A stretch of DNA of 64,000 bases from Candidatus Saccharimonadota bacterium (lineage in GTDB: Bacteria > Patescibacteriota > Saccharimonadia > Saccharimonadales > UBA10212): the NCBI GenBank assembly GCA_016176605.1, contig JACOWW010000005.1:127-64126 (forward strand). Direction: 5' to 3'. A model generated the notes under the pieces. The model did not search any database and was not told where the DNA came from. It saw only the letters and a program-made list of their open reading frames with translations. Each line of letters begins with the position of its first letter. Position 1 is the stretch's first letter. Of this stretch, positions 47,727 through 57,402 are shown one piece after another. A program made the position numbers and the translations under genes.

Positions 47727-49190
47727 TCAAATTGCCGATGCAGAAGCGGCTTCGTTTTTGGGAAATAATGAACTCGGTAACGGTTTTAAAATCCCCGTGC
47801 TGAAAACTGATTGTATTTTGGCGGCTGTTTCGGGCATGAAGGGCACCAGCAAGCCGGCAATTTCCAGCAAGTTGGCCACAAGATTGGCCAGGACTTCGCG
47901 CAGATGTTCTTCGTCGCGTCCGCCAGCTGGCGGATTGGCGATTTCCCACGGTTTGGCTTCGTCTATATATTGGTTAAGGCCTTTCACCTGTTCCCAAACC
48001 AGCTCCAGCGCTTTGTCAAAACGGCACGAAAGCATTGCTTGCTGGAACGGAGCAATGTCATGCTGCGGCGGCGGGGTGTTGCCGATTATGCCGTTTTGAT
48101 ATTTGGTTATCATAGCAGCCGTTCTGGAAACAGCGTTGCCTAGCTGATCAGCCAGTTCGCTGTTGTAGGCCGCTTCAAAAAGCTCCCATGTAAAATCACC
48201 GTCGCTATAGCTCGGTATGTGCCGCAGGAAAAAGTAGCGGAAGGCATCAACACCGTATTTTTCAACGATTTCCAGAGGATCAACAACGTTACCTAGAGTT
48301 TTGCTCATCTTTTTACCGCCGCTGGTCACGAAACCGTGCACGTAAAGCATTTTTGGCACTGAGATGCCAAGCGCCAGCAGCATGCCGGGCCAGATAGCCG
48401 CATGGAAGCGCAAGATATCTTTGCCGATTACCTGTACGTCTGCCGGCCAGTAAGTTTTGAAGTCGGCGTGTTCCGGATAGCCAATAACCGTAATGTAATT
48501 CATCAGCGCTTCAAACCAGACGTACATAGTTTGAGTATCGTCGCCAGGCACTGGGATGCCCCAAGGTATCTTATTTTTGGGCCGGCTGACGGAAATATCT
48601 TGTAAACCTTCGTTTATGACTGCCATGATTTCATTTTTTCTAGAGGCAGGAACAATTTTGTATTGATCGGTTTCAATGACCTGCTTGACTTTGGCCGTGT
48701 ATTTGCTGAGGGTAAAAAAGTAGTTTTCTTCTTCGACCTTTTCATACGGGCGGTTGTGCAGCGGGCAGATACCTTTGGTTTTTTTGACGTAGGCTTCGTT
48801 TTTAAACTCTTCACAACCGACACAGTACATACCAACGTAAGCCTTTTTATAAATATCCTTAGCCAGCGTCCGCCAAATAAGCTGCGCCCTTTGTTCATGT
48901 CCCGAATCAGTCGTTCTAATAAAGCGGTCGTTACTGATATTGAGTTTTTTGAGGCCCTCACGAAACTGCACGCTGACTTGGTCGACGAATTGCTTGGGCG
49001 GCAGGCCGGCTTTTTGGGCCGCTTCGGCGACTTTGCCGCCGTGTTCATCTGTTCCGGCGCTAAATAAAACTTGCTCGCCAAGCTGACGGTGGTAGCGGGC
49101 CAGAACATCGGCGTACAAATGCAGCAAGGCATGCCCCAGGTGCGGCTTGTCATTTACATACGGGATTGCCGTCGCAACATAAAACTTCAT
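47727..49190 (-). CDS. metG: Methionine--tRNA ligase (short form)
   Basis: It has the HIGH-type 'PHLGHA', 'KMSKT', and a zinc knuckle 'CVGCEEF...CPLHN'. Confidence 0.95.
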   Translation of the reverse strand: MKFYVATAIPYVNDKPHLGHALLHLYADVLARYHRQLGEQVLFSAGTDEHGGKVAEAAQKAGLPPKQFVDQVSVQFREGLKKLNISNDRFIRTTDSGHEQRAQLIWRTLAKDIYKKAYVGMYCVGCEEFKNEAYVKKTKGICPLHNRPYEKVEEENYFFTLSKYTAKVKQVIETDQYKIVPASRKNEIMAVINEGLQDISVSRPKNKIPWGIPVPGDDTQTMYVWFEALMNYITVIGYPEHADFKTYWPADVQVIGKDILRFHAAIWPGMLLALGISVPKMLYVHGFVTSGGKKMSKTLGNVVDPLEIVEKYGVDAFRYFFLRHIPSYSDGDFTWELFEAAYNSELADQLGNAVSRTAAMITKYQNGIIGNTPPPQHDIAPFQQAMLSCRFDKALELVWEQVKGLNQYIDEAKPWEIANPPAGGRDEEHLREVLANLVANLLEIAGLLVPFMPETAAKIQSVFSTGILKPLPSSLFPKNEAASASAI

Positions 49191-49242
49191 CTGTTTTATT
49201 GTATCTTAACCCTCCTAAAGTTTCACGGAAACTTTTGACGGA

Positions 49243-49749
49243 TTAAAACAGCGTGCCCTGCTGGCTTATTTTGGGCGTAAAGTTAACATTCAATTGCTTG
49301 GCCAATCTCTTTAGAAATTCAACCTGGGCCGGTTGAAGTTTTGACGAAGCTGTATTGATATCGAACCAAAGCGCTTTATCGATTTCTGGGAATTCTTGCA
49401 TTTTACCGGATTTTGGCGGCCACTCCATCTCAAAGGCGTTACTTTGGACTTTATTTTCATTCACATCACCCTCTGCTGCCCAGGCGTGTATGGTTTTGCC
49501 ATCTTTTCTTTTTATTTCGCCCAGTTCTAGATATGGCTCGCTTGGCGGGGGCATTCCAATTTCTTCTTCATATTCACGTTTGGCGGCCGTAAATGGATCT
49601 TCATTGTCCTCATACAAGCCTTTTGGTATAGACCAATTTCCATTATCTTTTTTGACAAAAAATGGTCCCCCTGGATGGACTATCAAAACCTTTAACTCAC
49701 CTTCGTCAAATTTGTATAACAAAATCCCCGCACTCTGTTTTTTAGCCAT
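49243..49749 (-). CDS. NUDIX hydrolase
   Basis: It has the Nudix box 'PKGLYEDNEDPFTAAKREYEEEIG'. Confidence 0.8.
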   Translation of the reverse strand: MAKKQSAGILLYKFDEGELKVLIVHPGGPFFVKKDNGNWSIPKGLYEDNEDPFTAAKREYEEEIGMPPPSEPYLELGEIKRKDGKTIHAWAAEGDVNENKVQSNAFEMEWPPKSGKMQEFPEIDKALWFDINTASSKLQPAQVEFLKRLAKQLNVNFTPKISQQGTLF

Positions 49750-49763
49750 GTGTCAATTATAAA

Positions 49764-49925
49764 CTACGGGTTACTTGAGAGGTGCCAAAGGTTGCAATGG
49801 CGGCATTTGTAGGCTTTGAGTTTCATGTCACGCCGCCACTTGATAACCCGGGCTTGGTCCTGCGCCTCTTTTTCGCTGTCGAAAGCTAGTTTATCGGCGC
49901 ACTCTAATCCTGGAATATCATCCAT
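49764..49925 (-). CDS. Possible 53-aa zinc-ribbon-like protein
   Basis: This ORF is below the track cutoff. It has the protein-like sequence 'LECADKLAFDSEKEAQDQARVIKWRR...YKCRHCNLWHLSS'. There is no SD. Confidence 0.35.
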   Translation of the reverse strand: MDDIPGLECADKLAFDSEKEAQDQARVIKWRRDMKLKAYKCRHCNLWHLSSNP

Positions 49926-49959
49926 ATCTAAATTATATTCTTGTTTGATCTCTTTGCTT

Positions 49960-49999
49960 CATGTAACAAAAATCAGCGATCGCTGATTTTTGTTACATG
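49960..49999. terminator. 40-bp perfect palindrome centred on GCGATCGC
   Basis: CATGTAACAAAAATCAGCGAT|CGCTGATTTTTGTTACATG lies downstream of the trehalase gene. Confidence 0.6.
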
Positions 50000-50055
50000 G
50001 TTTCATGATTAAAACGAATGTTGTGTGAATAATTCAGTCCGTTAACTTGGTGAAG

Positions 50056-51333
50056 TTATTTCATAGGGCCGATGAATTCTTTGCAGAAAAGTTCAAAGAT
50101 GGAATTAGTCCAGCCAAAGCCCGTCTGGCTTGGATATACCCCTTTGGCCGGTGGCTTACCAGGCGTTACTACATTGTACTTTTCCAAAAAAACGCCGTAT
50201 CTGTTGAACCAGTCAAGATTAGTTTTTAGCCATTTTAGGGCAATCCGCCGAGCATCTTCGTGATAGCCATAACGCTGTAAGCCTTTAACCACAATAAAGT
50301 GCAGTGGTGCCCAACCATTGGGATAAGCCCACTGCATAGGCTGAGCACCCGGCATTAACTGGCTAACCTGCGCATTATCGGTCGTAGCCAAACCGCCCCT
50401 TTTTTCAAATTTGCGTAAATCGGAAACTAGATGTAGTGCCTGTTTGTTGCTGGCTAAACCGGTCCAGATAGTGTAATAGGCCGCCAGCGAATCAACGTTG
50501 TTTCGCTTTCGCTTGACATAGTTGTAGTCATAATAAAAGCTGCGCAAATCGCTCCACATTAGTCGGTTGATAGTCATCCGTCGGTCATGGGCAGCCTTTT
50601 CCCATTGGTCAGCCTCTTTATCTTTACCGAGTATGCGATCAGCACGAGCAAAATCCCGTTCGTACTTATAAAGTAAGCAGTTTAAATCTACCGGTAAATA
50701 GTTTAGGGCGTGGTGGTTGAAGCGCGGCGTGAAATCCCAGCCACTTTCGGTCTCGGCCAAGTTATCAAGGTAATTAATATCATAGTAACGGCTAAGGCCT
50801 TGGTAAACTAGGCGGGCGTTTGGTTTTTTATCGCCCATCCAGACAGTCCGGTACTCATCTTTGGCAACGGCCATGGTCTTGGCCAACCATTGTTTATCCA
50901 GATTATAAACTTTGTAAACATCCATAATGAAACTAGTCAGAAACGGCGGTTGGGAACGGCCCATTAGATAAGTGCGAGAGGCATTGGGGATTATATTGAA
51001 ACGCTGGAATAGGCTGAGTAAATCTTCTAAGATACCGAGTACTAGTTTTTTGTGTTCTTGGTCAAGAATGCCCTGGATGATAAAATAGCTGTCCCAGTAG
51101 TAGAGTTCGTCAAAGTCAAATTCGTGGCCTGCCTCGTGGGCCGGCACTAAGTACGGTTCCGGAAGACCCAGCAGGTTGTCGTTATCTTGAGGGTGGAAGC
51201 GAGTCAGTTTTGGCCAATAAGCAGCGATGTATTCGCGGGCCGCTCGAACATCAGCAGCAGTCAGTTCTTTGTCGACTATCCTCAATAATCTGGGGAGGTG
51301 TTTTGTCAAATTGTTTGTTTTGGATAAAACCAC
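50056..51333 (-). CDS. Trehalase (GH37-like)
   Basis: It has 'YYWDSYF', 'ESGWDFTPRF' and 'GFGWTNS' motifs. Confidence 0.85.
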   Translation of the reverse strand: MVLSKTNNLTKHLPRLLRIVDKELTAADVRAAREYIAAYWPKLTRFHPQDNDNLLGLPEPYLVPAHEAGHEFDFDELYYWDSYFIIQGILDQEHKKLVLGILEDLLSLFQRFNIIPNASRTYLMGRSQPPFLTSFIMDVYKVYNLDKQWLAKTMAVAKDEYRTVWMGDKKPNARLVYQGLSRYYDINYLDNLAETESGWDFTPRFNHHALNYLPVDLNCLLYKYERDFARADRILGKDKEADQWEKAAHDRRMTINRLMWSDLRSFYYDYNYVKRKRNNVDSLAAYYTIWTGLASNKQALHLVSDLRKFEKRGGLATTDNAQVSQLMPGAQPMQWAYPNGWAPLHFIVVKGLQRYGYHEDARRIALKWLKTNLDWFNRYGVFLEKYNVVTPGKPPAKGVYPSQTGFGWTNSIFELFCKEFIGPMK

Positions 51334-51537
51334 ATTTTTAGGTTATGCCTAATGGGCCAGCTAGTCAATTAGCTGGTACTAATTTAGAAAAGAAAGGGAG
51401 GGAGCCCATGGGGCGAACCCAGCCGTAGATGCTCAGAGCATCTACGGCTGGGCGAGAACTTGTGCAGCTTCTTCAGCGCGCGGCGCTGGCGAAGGTGTGG
51501 CGGCCAGCCAGTTCCTCTCTGTTGGGTTTCTCTGGCC

Positions 51538-51744
51538 CTACACAACAGCCGATTCTGCCACCGTTTGCGTCTGCTCCTTGAGCCCAAGGCGTACTTCGGC
51601 CTTTGCAGCAGACATCTGTCGTTTCAGCTCTCGCTTAGATATCCGAGCGCCAAGCTGTCGATAACGGCGGCGACCGGCTGCCTGGTCGCCACTGAGGAAG
51701 CACTTTGCTGCCTCGAGCGCCAGCGGATGAATCTTTTTCGCCAT
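51538..51744 (-). CDS. Hypothetical 68-aa basic helical protein
   Basis: A GGAGGAG SD lies 4 nt before ATG 51744. The sequence begins 'MAKKIHPLALEAAKCFLSGDQAAGRRRYRQLGARISKRELKRQ...'. A 15-bp perfect hairpin lies downstream at 51421-51455. Confidence 0.45.
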   Translation of the reverse strand: MAKKIHPLALEAAKCFLSGDQAAGRRRYRQLGARISKRELKRQMSAAKAEVRLGLKEQTQTVAESAVV

Positions 51745-52093
51745 CACTCCTCCTGTCAGTTTTGCCTTTACAAATCTGCCTGCGGATCGAGTGTTAGTCA
51801 CCTCCCTTTCTTTATAGATTGTGTGGTACAACCCACCTCACATTAGCGGGTCCCGTTTCTTTGGAGCCTTGCGGCCCCATCCCTCACCTCCCGTAGTGAA
51901 AAAGGTGAGGGATGGAGCCCCGACTTACGCATCTGGATGCAGTGCAAGGAAGCGACGAGGAGCGAGCGAGCCGTATACAGACATACGGTAAGCGAGCCCC
52001 GCAGGAAGCTGACACAGCAATGCGCCAGAAGCGCTAGCGGTGCGGCCCCGCCACGGCGGGGACGGCAGGCTAGTGCGGTGCGTGGGTCGGGAG

Positions 52094-52140
52094 GCAACAA
52101 AAAAACCGGACTCTTTTTGCTGTAGAGTCCGGTTTGTTGC
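52094..52140. terminator. Bidirectional Rho-independent terminator
   Basis: The sequence is GCAACAAAAAAACCGGACTCT-TTTTGCTGT-AGAGTCCGGTTTGTTGC. Confidence 0.75.
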
Positions 52141-52240
52141 TTCTTCTGGTCGAATGGTTCTTAAACGCGAACTACAGCATCATCTCGCATGACGAGGATG
52201 ATAAAACCTGTAAATACGCGCTTTTGGACCATGCGTACTG

Positions 52241-52888
52241 TTATACGCCTCTGACACTTAACCTGTCAAGCACTTTGAATTTTCTGGTATAAATGTCAAT
52301 CAGAACCAACAGCAAAACTACTCCGTAAAAATACCAAACCCAGCGGAACCAGCCGTGCTGGAGGTTTCCGCCCAGGCGCAGGCCATGATAAAAAATGGCG
52401 ACCATAGCAGCATCACCGGCGTACTCGAAATATCTCCACCACTTCTTGCCCCTGTACCTAAAACGAAGTTCATACGCCAAAAAGACAAACCAACTAACCG
52501 TGCCCAAAATAGCGACCCATTTTAGTGGCGGCGCTACGTAATGTTGCAAATAACTCTCAGGAGGGAGTCCGAAACCGTCACGCCACAACTGCCACCACAG
52601 TAGACCAGGATGTGCCAAAATAGCCGCTAAGATCAAAATACTAAGGATTTTGTAATAATTACCCAGCTCCGAGGCTTCAATTTTAAAGCGGCGCCGCAAA
52701 AATCCGACCGCGTACACGGATAGCATCAGGCTAAAGGCCAGCAGGCCGAAAAGAGGAAATATTCGATAGGTCGAGAGGTCGTTGAAATTCCAACGCACTC
52801 CCTGCCCCCAGGCAACCACTGCCAATAGCGCCACAAACGTACTAATAAACCACGCAATTATCCTTGTAGATTGCGTAGAAAGTTTCAT
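52241..52888 (-). CDS. Polytopic membrane protein, possibly heme-binding ferric-reductase/MsrQ-like
   Basis: It has five or six TM helices with conserved-looking His residues ('AHPGLLWW', 'FYHGLRLGG'). The family call is tentative. Confidence 0.45.
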   Translation of the reverse strand: MKLSTQSTRIIAWFISTFVALLAVVAWGQGVRWNFNDLSTYRIFPLFGLLAFSLMLSVYAVGFLRRRFKIEASELGNYYKILSILILAAILAHPGLLWWQLWRDGFGLPPESYLQHYVAPPLKWVAILGTVSWFVFLAYELRFRYRGKKWWRYFEYAGDAAMVAIFYHGLRLGGNLQHGWFRWVWYFYGVVLLLVLIDIYTRKFKVLDRLSVRGV

Positions 52889-52898
52889 CCGTCCTTAT

Positions 52899-53342
52899 TT
52901 AACGGACAACAATAGTACCGGTTTGAGTGGGATCAAGGTGGTTATGATAACCCCAGGAACCAACTTGGCTAATACTAAAACTAGTATTTTTGCCAACCTC
53001 TATCTGGCCCAGGTTTAATTCCGTATTGTCGGTATGTACCGGATGCGGAGTAGATTCAACATCGACAGGAACTGAAGAATCGTTCTTAATTGTGATAGTG
53101 TCGCCTTTGTTAACCGTGACTTGGCTGGGGCTGAAAAGGCTGCCGTTATAAGTAATTACCGTTGCTTCGTTCGTCGCCGAAGGCTCGGCATTATTAGTGG
53201 TTGGCTGTTGCGGCGAAGAGGTTGTCGGCTGGTTTGTGCTTTGTTGACCACCGTCGTCATTGTTCCCGCCAAAAACCAAGACAGCAGCTATCACCAAAGC
53301 TATGCCAACAAGACCAGTTACGATTATGCCTGATTTACCCAT
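52899..53342 (-). CDS. Membrane-anchored cupredoxin-like domain protein
   Basis: It has an N-terminal TM helix and a Pro/Thr linker. The segment 'VTVNKGDTITIKNDSSVPVDVES...HPVH...WGYHNHL' is cupredoxin-like. Confidence 0.6.
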   Translation of the reverse strand: MGKSGIIVTGLVGIALVIAAVLVFGGNNDDGGQQSTNQPTTSSPQQPTTNNAEPSATNEATVITYNGSLFSPSQVTVNKGDTITIKNDSSVPVDVESTPHPVHTDNTELNLGQIEVGKNTSFSISQVGSWGYHNHLDPTQTGTIVVR

Positions 53343-53394
53343 CTAAAAACCTCCGCTTTTATAGATTTATTATAACCTACCCTTAAGCTGGTTT

Positions 53395-54024
53395 TTAAAA
53401 CAGGGTCTGCCAATAATACCAAAAGTGGGTCAACAAAATGCCAAAGAATATAACATACCAGGTAGTTAGAACTTCCCAGTGGAAGCGCAGCAAAAAATGC
53501 TTGATTTTTTCGCCTAGTCCAAGCTTAATATTACCGGCCTGCAGATTATAAAGGGTGGTGTAAAGCAACACCGGCGGCATTATCACCCATACAACAAAAC
53601 AATACGGACAAATGGCATTTATTCGGTAAACCCCCTCAAAAAACAGATACAAAGAAAAAATAAAGCCAGCTAAAACTCCAGTGTTCAGCAGCTGCCAAAT
53701 TTTTTTGTGAACTTTTGAGCCAGTGGCCAGTAGCAACCCGACAAATAACAGTACGCTAAAACCAGCGATGCCAAAAACGGTATTGGGCAGTCCCAACAAA
53801 TCGGCTTGCTCGGTTTTCATTACCGTACCGCAGCTAATTATCGGGTTGATGTTGCACGACGGCACATAGGACGGGTCTTTGAGGTAGTGGATTTTGTCAT
53901 AGGTCAGCACAAATGAAGCCGCTAAGCCGACAGTAGCCGCAACCATATACAGATACGGTAGTTTAAACCGATGTTTCACAGTTATATTATGGATGGCCGT
54001 CAACGCCTTAATTATCCTACACAC
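53395..54024 (-). CDS. Vitamin K epoxide reductase (VKOR) family protein
   Basis: It has a loop Cys pair ('SCNINPIISCG') and 'CPYC' in a TM helix. The true start may be the internal Met ('MVAATVGL'). Confidence 0.78.
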   Translation of the reverse strand: MCRIIKALTAIHNITVKHRFKLPYLYMVAATVGLAASFVLTYDKIHYLKDPSYVPSCNINPIISCGTVMKTEQADLLGLPNTVFGIAGFSVLLFVGLLLATGSKVHKKIWQLLNTGVLAGFIFSLYLFFEGVYRINAICPYCFVVWVIMPPVLLYTTLYNLQAGNIKLGLGEKIKHFLLRFHWEVLTTWYVIFFGILLTHFWYYWQTLF

Positions 54025-54058
54025 ATAGAAATTTTAGAAGGGCGCAGGTAAGTAAAGG

Positions 54059-55432
54059 CTAGTCCTTTAGTTTTTTAGCCAGCCGGAGGTAATACTCTGG
54101 GTCACGCCGGCCACTGTCGAGATAGGCTTCTTGTAGTTTGGTCAGGATTTGGCCAAAGCCCGGCCCCGCGGCTAAATCCGGAAAGTGCCGAGCCAGCCAA
54201 TGACCGTCAATACCTAAATCTTTTTTTAGCGACGGGGTGCGTTTTTGTGGCGGCCGGCTCTGATAGGCGCGCCAAAGCGATTCAACTTGGCCAAAGCGCG
54301 GTTTGGCCCTAAGCCGGCCATGCCAGCTAGCAGCGGCGTCGGCCCGATGCAGTTCAAATAAATCACCGAATGCCGAATGAGGCAGCACTTTGTGCTGGCG
54401 GCTGGGCTTCATCTTGGGTAAATCATCAATGTTAATGTGGTGGTATATCATCCAGCAGATATTTTCGATGTCGCTTTTAGAAAAACGCAGGCGGTTGAGA
54501 ACTTTCCTGGCCATTTCGGCGCCAATCTCATAATGGCGGTTAAAGCGGATCCGGTCATCGGTTGAGACCGGCAAGGTTTGGGTTTCGGTTTTACCAATAT
54601 CGTGCAGTAGTGCCGCCCAGACCAGCTGGCGGCTAGGATGTTTTGGCAAGGCTTCCATTACTAAGAGCTGGTGCGCCCAGACATCGCCCTCGGCGTGGAA
54701 CTGTTTAGGCTGCTGGTAGAGTTTGCCGGCGGCGACTTCGGGCAGAAACTCCTCAAGCAGGCCAAAATAATCCAGATCTTCCAGAGCTTGGCGGCGCGAG
54801 GGGTGGATTATCATTAGCGTTAATTCTTGGCGCAGACGGTCAACGGCTATGGCCTTATGCCTGCCTGAGCCGACGGCAGCCTTGATGGCTTTAACGGTTT
54901 CGGGGGCGTAAGCAAAACCCAGATCGTTGCGCAGGCGGATGGCCCGCAAAATACGCAGGGGGTCTTCTTTAATCCGCTGGCCCGCCGGGCCGATAAAACG
55001 AATTGTTTTTGTTTCTAGATCATCTAGCCCGCTGGCAAAGTCAATGACCTGGTCAGTCTGGAAATCCAGGGCCAGGGCATTGATGGTAAAATCCCGTCGC
55101 GCTAAGTCTTCCTCTAAGCTGGCAAACTCGACCTGCGTACGTTTGCGCCCGCGGTGGGCTCCAATGTCTTTGCGAAAAGTCGCCAGTTCCGTAACGTGGC
55201 CGCCAAATTTGATACGCGTGACTCCGTAAGCCTGAGCGGTATCTTTATAAATCGCTGATTCTAAACCCCGTACCGCCTCAATTTGCTGGGGCAAAGCATT
55301 GGTAGCCAGATCAAAATCTTTTGGCTGGCGCCCCAGCAGCCTGTCGCGGACACAGCCGCCAATAAAGTAAACTTCGAAGCCGGCGTCGCTAAGTAATTGC
55401 GCCACTTGGCGGGCTGCCTGATAGGCACTCAC
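54059..55432 (-). CDS. cca: CCA-adding tRNA nucleotidyltransferase with an HD domain
   Basis: It has 'YFIGGCVRDRLLG', 'DFDLAT' and the HD motif 'LLHDIGK'. Confidence 0.88.
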   Translation of the reverse strand: MSAYQAARQVAQLLSDAGFEVYFIGGCVRDRLLGRQPKDFDLATNALPQQIEAVRGLESAIYKDTAQAYGVTRIKFGGHVTELATFRKDIGAHRGRKRTQVEFASLEEDLARRDFTINALALDFQTDQVIDFASGLDDLETKTIRFIGPAGQRIKEDPLRILRAIRLRNDLGFAYAPETVKAIKAAVGSGRHKAIAVDRLRQELTLMIIHPSRRQALEDLDYFGLLEEFLPEVAAGKLYQQPKQFHAEGDVWAHQLLVMEALPKHPSRQLVWAALLHDIGKTETQTLPVSTDDRIRFNRHYEIGAEMARKVLNRLRFSKSDIENICWMIYHHINIDDLPKMKPSRQHKVLPHSAFGDLFELHRADAAASWHGRLRAKPRFGQVESLWRAYQSRPPQKRTPSLKKDLGIDGHWLARHFPDLAAGPGFGQILTKLQEAYLDSGRRDPEYYLRLAKKLKD

Positions 55433-55435
55433 AAT

Positions 55436-56917
55436 CTAGCCCTTAATAACAATTAGCGGCAAAAGGCGGGCAACTTTTTTGGCGATGCCGACGCGCTGGA
55501 CAATATCAACTACTTCATCGACGTCTTTATAAGCATAGGGGGCTTCTTCACTTAAGTATTTAACAGCCGGGGTTTTAACGATGATTCGGCGCTTGGCTAG
55601 CTCGGCTTGTAAATCCTTACCGAGCTGAAGTTTTTTGGCCCCGTGGCGCGACATCGCCCGCCCGGAGCCGTGGCAAGTCGAACCAAAGGACTGGCTCATC
55701 GCGCCCTTTGTGCCAACCAGCACATATGAAGCAGTACCCATGCTGCCGGGGATTATTACCGGCTGGCCCTGGCCGCGGAAAGCCTTGGGTATTTCCGGCT
55801 GGCCCGGGCCAAAGGCCCGGGTGGCGCCTTTACGCTGAACTAAGACTTTTTGCAGGGCACCATCAATTTCGTACTCCTCCACTTTGGCAATGTTGTGGGC
55901 TACGTCATACAGCAGCTCCAGTCGTCCCTGCCCGCCAAAGATGTTTTGCCAAACTTGGCGGACTAGACATGTCAGCAATTGCCGGTTAACCCAGGCGTAA
56001 TTGGCAGCCGCGGACATGGCAGCGTAATATTTTTGTCCTAGCTCCGATGAAAATGGCAGGCAGGCCAGTTCGCGGTCTGGCACCTCGATGCCAAATTCTG
56101 GCATTTTTGCCTGCATTAGCTTTATGTAATCACTGCCTACTTGGTGCCCCAGCCCGCGCGAACCGCTGTGGATTAAGACCGTAATTTGCCCTGATTTTAG
56201 GCCAAAAGACTCAGCGATTTTTTCGTCAAAGATTGCTTGGACCACTCCGACCTCGGCAAAGTGGTTGCCGGCGCCCAGTGTCCCCAGCTGCCTCTGGCCA
56301 CGATTTTTAGCCTGCACCGATACGGCCGTAGCGTCAGCTGCTTGGAGTCGGCCTTCTGATTCAGTATGCTCGAGGTCTTTTTGCGAGGCGTAGCCATTTT
56401 TTAGCGCCCAGCGGACTCCTTGATTAAGGACTTTGTCCAGCTCGGCAGATTTAAGGTCGAATCTGCCGCCGCGGCCGGTGCCGGCCGGGATAGCGCGGGA
56501 CAGCTCATGGGCCAGAGTTTCTTGTGCTGGCCGCAAATCCTTGGCGCCTAAATCGCTTAGCAACAGACGCACGCCGCAGTTAATATCGTAGCCGATGCCG
56601 CCGGGTGAAATAGCGCCATCAGGCAGCCGGCTAGCGGCCACGCCGCCGATTGGGAAGCCATAACCTTGGTGCATGTCCGGCATGGCCAAGGCGTATTTAA
56701 CTACGCCGGGCAAGCAGGCAACATTCACTAGCTGAGCTAACGAGCGGTCTTTGAAAGCGTCTTCGAACATTTTTGGGCTGGCAAAGAATATAGCCGGCAC
56801 CAGCATATCGGCGCGGTAAGATTTGGGAATTTCCCATACGTAAGGTCCCGCTTGGACTACGTCTTCCCGCTTGACCATTGGCAGCCGCTCGCTAATACCT
56901 TTTTGGAAAGCTCCCAT
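55436..56917 (-). CDS. rtcB: RNA 3'-phosphate ligase RtcB
   Basis: It has 'GYDINCGVRLL', 'HSGSRGLGHQ' and 'CHGSGR' motifs. Confidence 0.95.
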   Translation of the reverse strand: MGAFQKGISERLPMVKREDVVQAGPYVWEIPKSYRADMLVPAIFFASPKMFEDAFKDRSLAQLVNVACLPGVVKYALAMPDMHQGYGFPIGGVAASRLPDGAISPGGIGYDINCGVRLLLSDLGAKDLRPAQETLAHELSRAIPAGTGRGGRFDLKSAELDKVLNQGVRWALKNGYASQKDLEHTESEGRLQAADATAVSVQAKNRGQRQLGTLGAGNHFAEVGVVQAIFDEKIAESFGLKSGQITVLIHSGSRGLGHQVGSDYIKLMQAKMPEFGIEVPDRELACLPFSSELGQKYYAAMSAAANYAWVNRQLLTCLVRQVWQNIFGGQGRLELLYDVAHNIAKVEEYEIDGALQKVLVQRKGATRAFGPGQPEIPKAFRGQGQPVIIPGSMGTASYVLVGTKGAMSQSFGSTCHGSGRAMSRHGAKKLQLGKDLQAELAKRRIIVKTPAVKYLSEEAPYAYKDVDEVVDIVQRVGIAKKVARLLPLIVIKG

Positions 56918-57058
56918 GTTACCTCTACTTTCATGTTTATTTTAGTCTTTAAGCGATAATTTAACAGTGAGCCTTGTTACAACCGTTGCTAAAAGTGATT
57001 TATGTCACTGCAAAACTTAAGAGTTTCGTTTTTACTGTAGCTAGAAAGGAGGCGCTAA

Positions 57059-57355
57059 ATGCAGTCGGTTGATATTGAGCCAAACAAAGAAGAAAAGCTG
57101 GAAAAGCTAGAGCAAGATTGGGATAAGCCCTTCTCGCCGCCGGCTTTGGTAGAAGAAAGGGAACGACTGCCTAAAAACCATCCGGCCCTAGACACCGGCA
57201 TTGACGCCCACGAGTGGTATGACGAAGGCCGCGCCGGCGCCGCCGAAATACCGGATACGCCCAAAAGGGTCATACTCGGCTACATCCCGAGAGTTATCAA
57301 AAAGAATAGTCAGAAACTGCGAAAAATAATGAAGTCTGTCGTCCCCGAGCGCTAA
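57059..57355 (+). CDS. Hypothetical acidic protein
   Basis: An AAAGGAGG SD lies 6 nt before the ATG. The 98-aa protein matches no family I recognise. Confidence 0.6.
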   Translation: MQSVDIEPNKEEKLEKLEQDWDKPFSPPALVEERERLPKNHPALDTGIDAHEWYDEGRAGAAEIPDTPKRVILGYIPRVIKKNSQKLRKIMKSVVPER

Positions 57356-57356
57356 T

Positions 57357-57400
57357 GGTCAACCCTAAAAAGCGGGCAGCCCAGCCTTTTAGGGTTGACC
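57357..57400. terminator. Bidirectional hairpin with 14-bp arms GGTCAACCCTAAAA / TTTTAGGGTTGACC
   Basis: It sits between convergent genes. A similar CCCTAAAA...TTTTAGGG hairpin lies at about 1311-1347. Confidence 0.6.
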
Positions 57401-57402
57401 AC

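Noticed and set aside
51840-52100. The GC-rich structured segment might have been RNase P RNA, tmRNA, SRP RNA or a group II intron domain V (GAGCCGTAT...ATACGG).
   Set aside because: There is no GAGGAAAGTCCGG-type P4 motif, no tRNA-like acceptor with G3:U70 or tag ORF, and no GGAA-tetraloop SRP domain IV. The domain-V-like hairpin has only a 6-nt loop in place of the required upper helix with a GNRA loop.
51384-52125. ORFs 51384-51587, 51460-51846, 51843-52100 and 51937-52125.
   Set aside because: Their Arg/Cys/Pro/Ser-rich products are typical of random frames in GC-rich DNA. They overlap one another, and none has an SD. Only the SD-led 68-aa ORF was kept.
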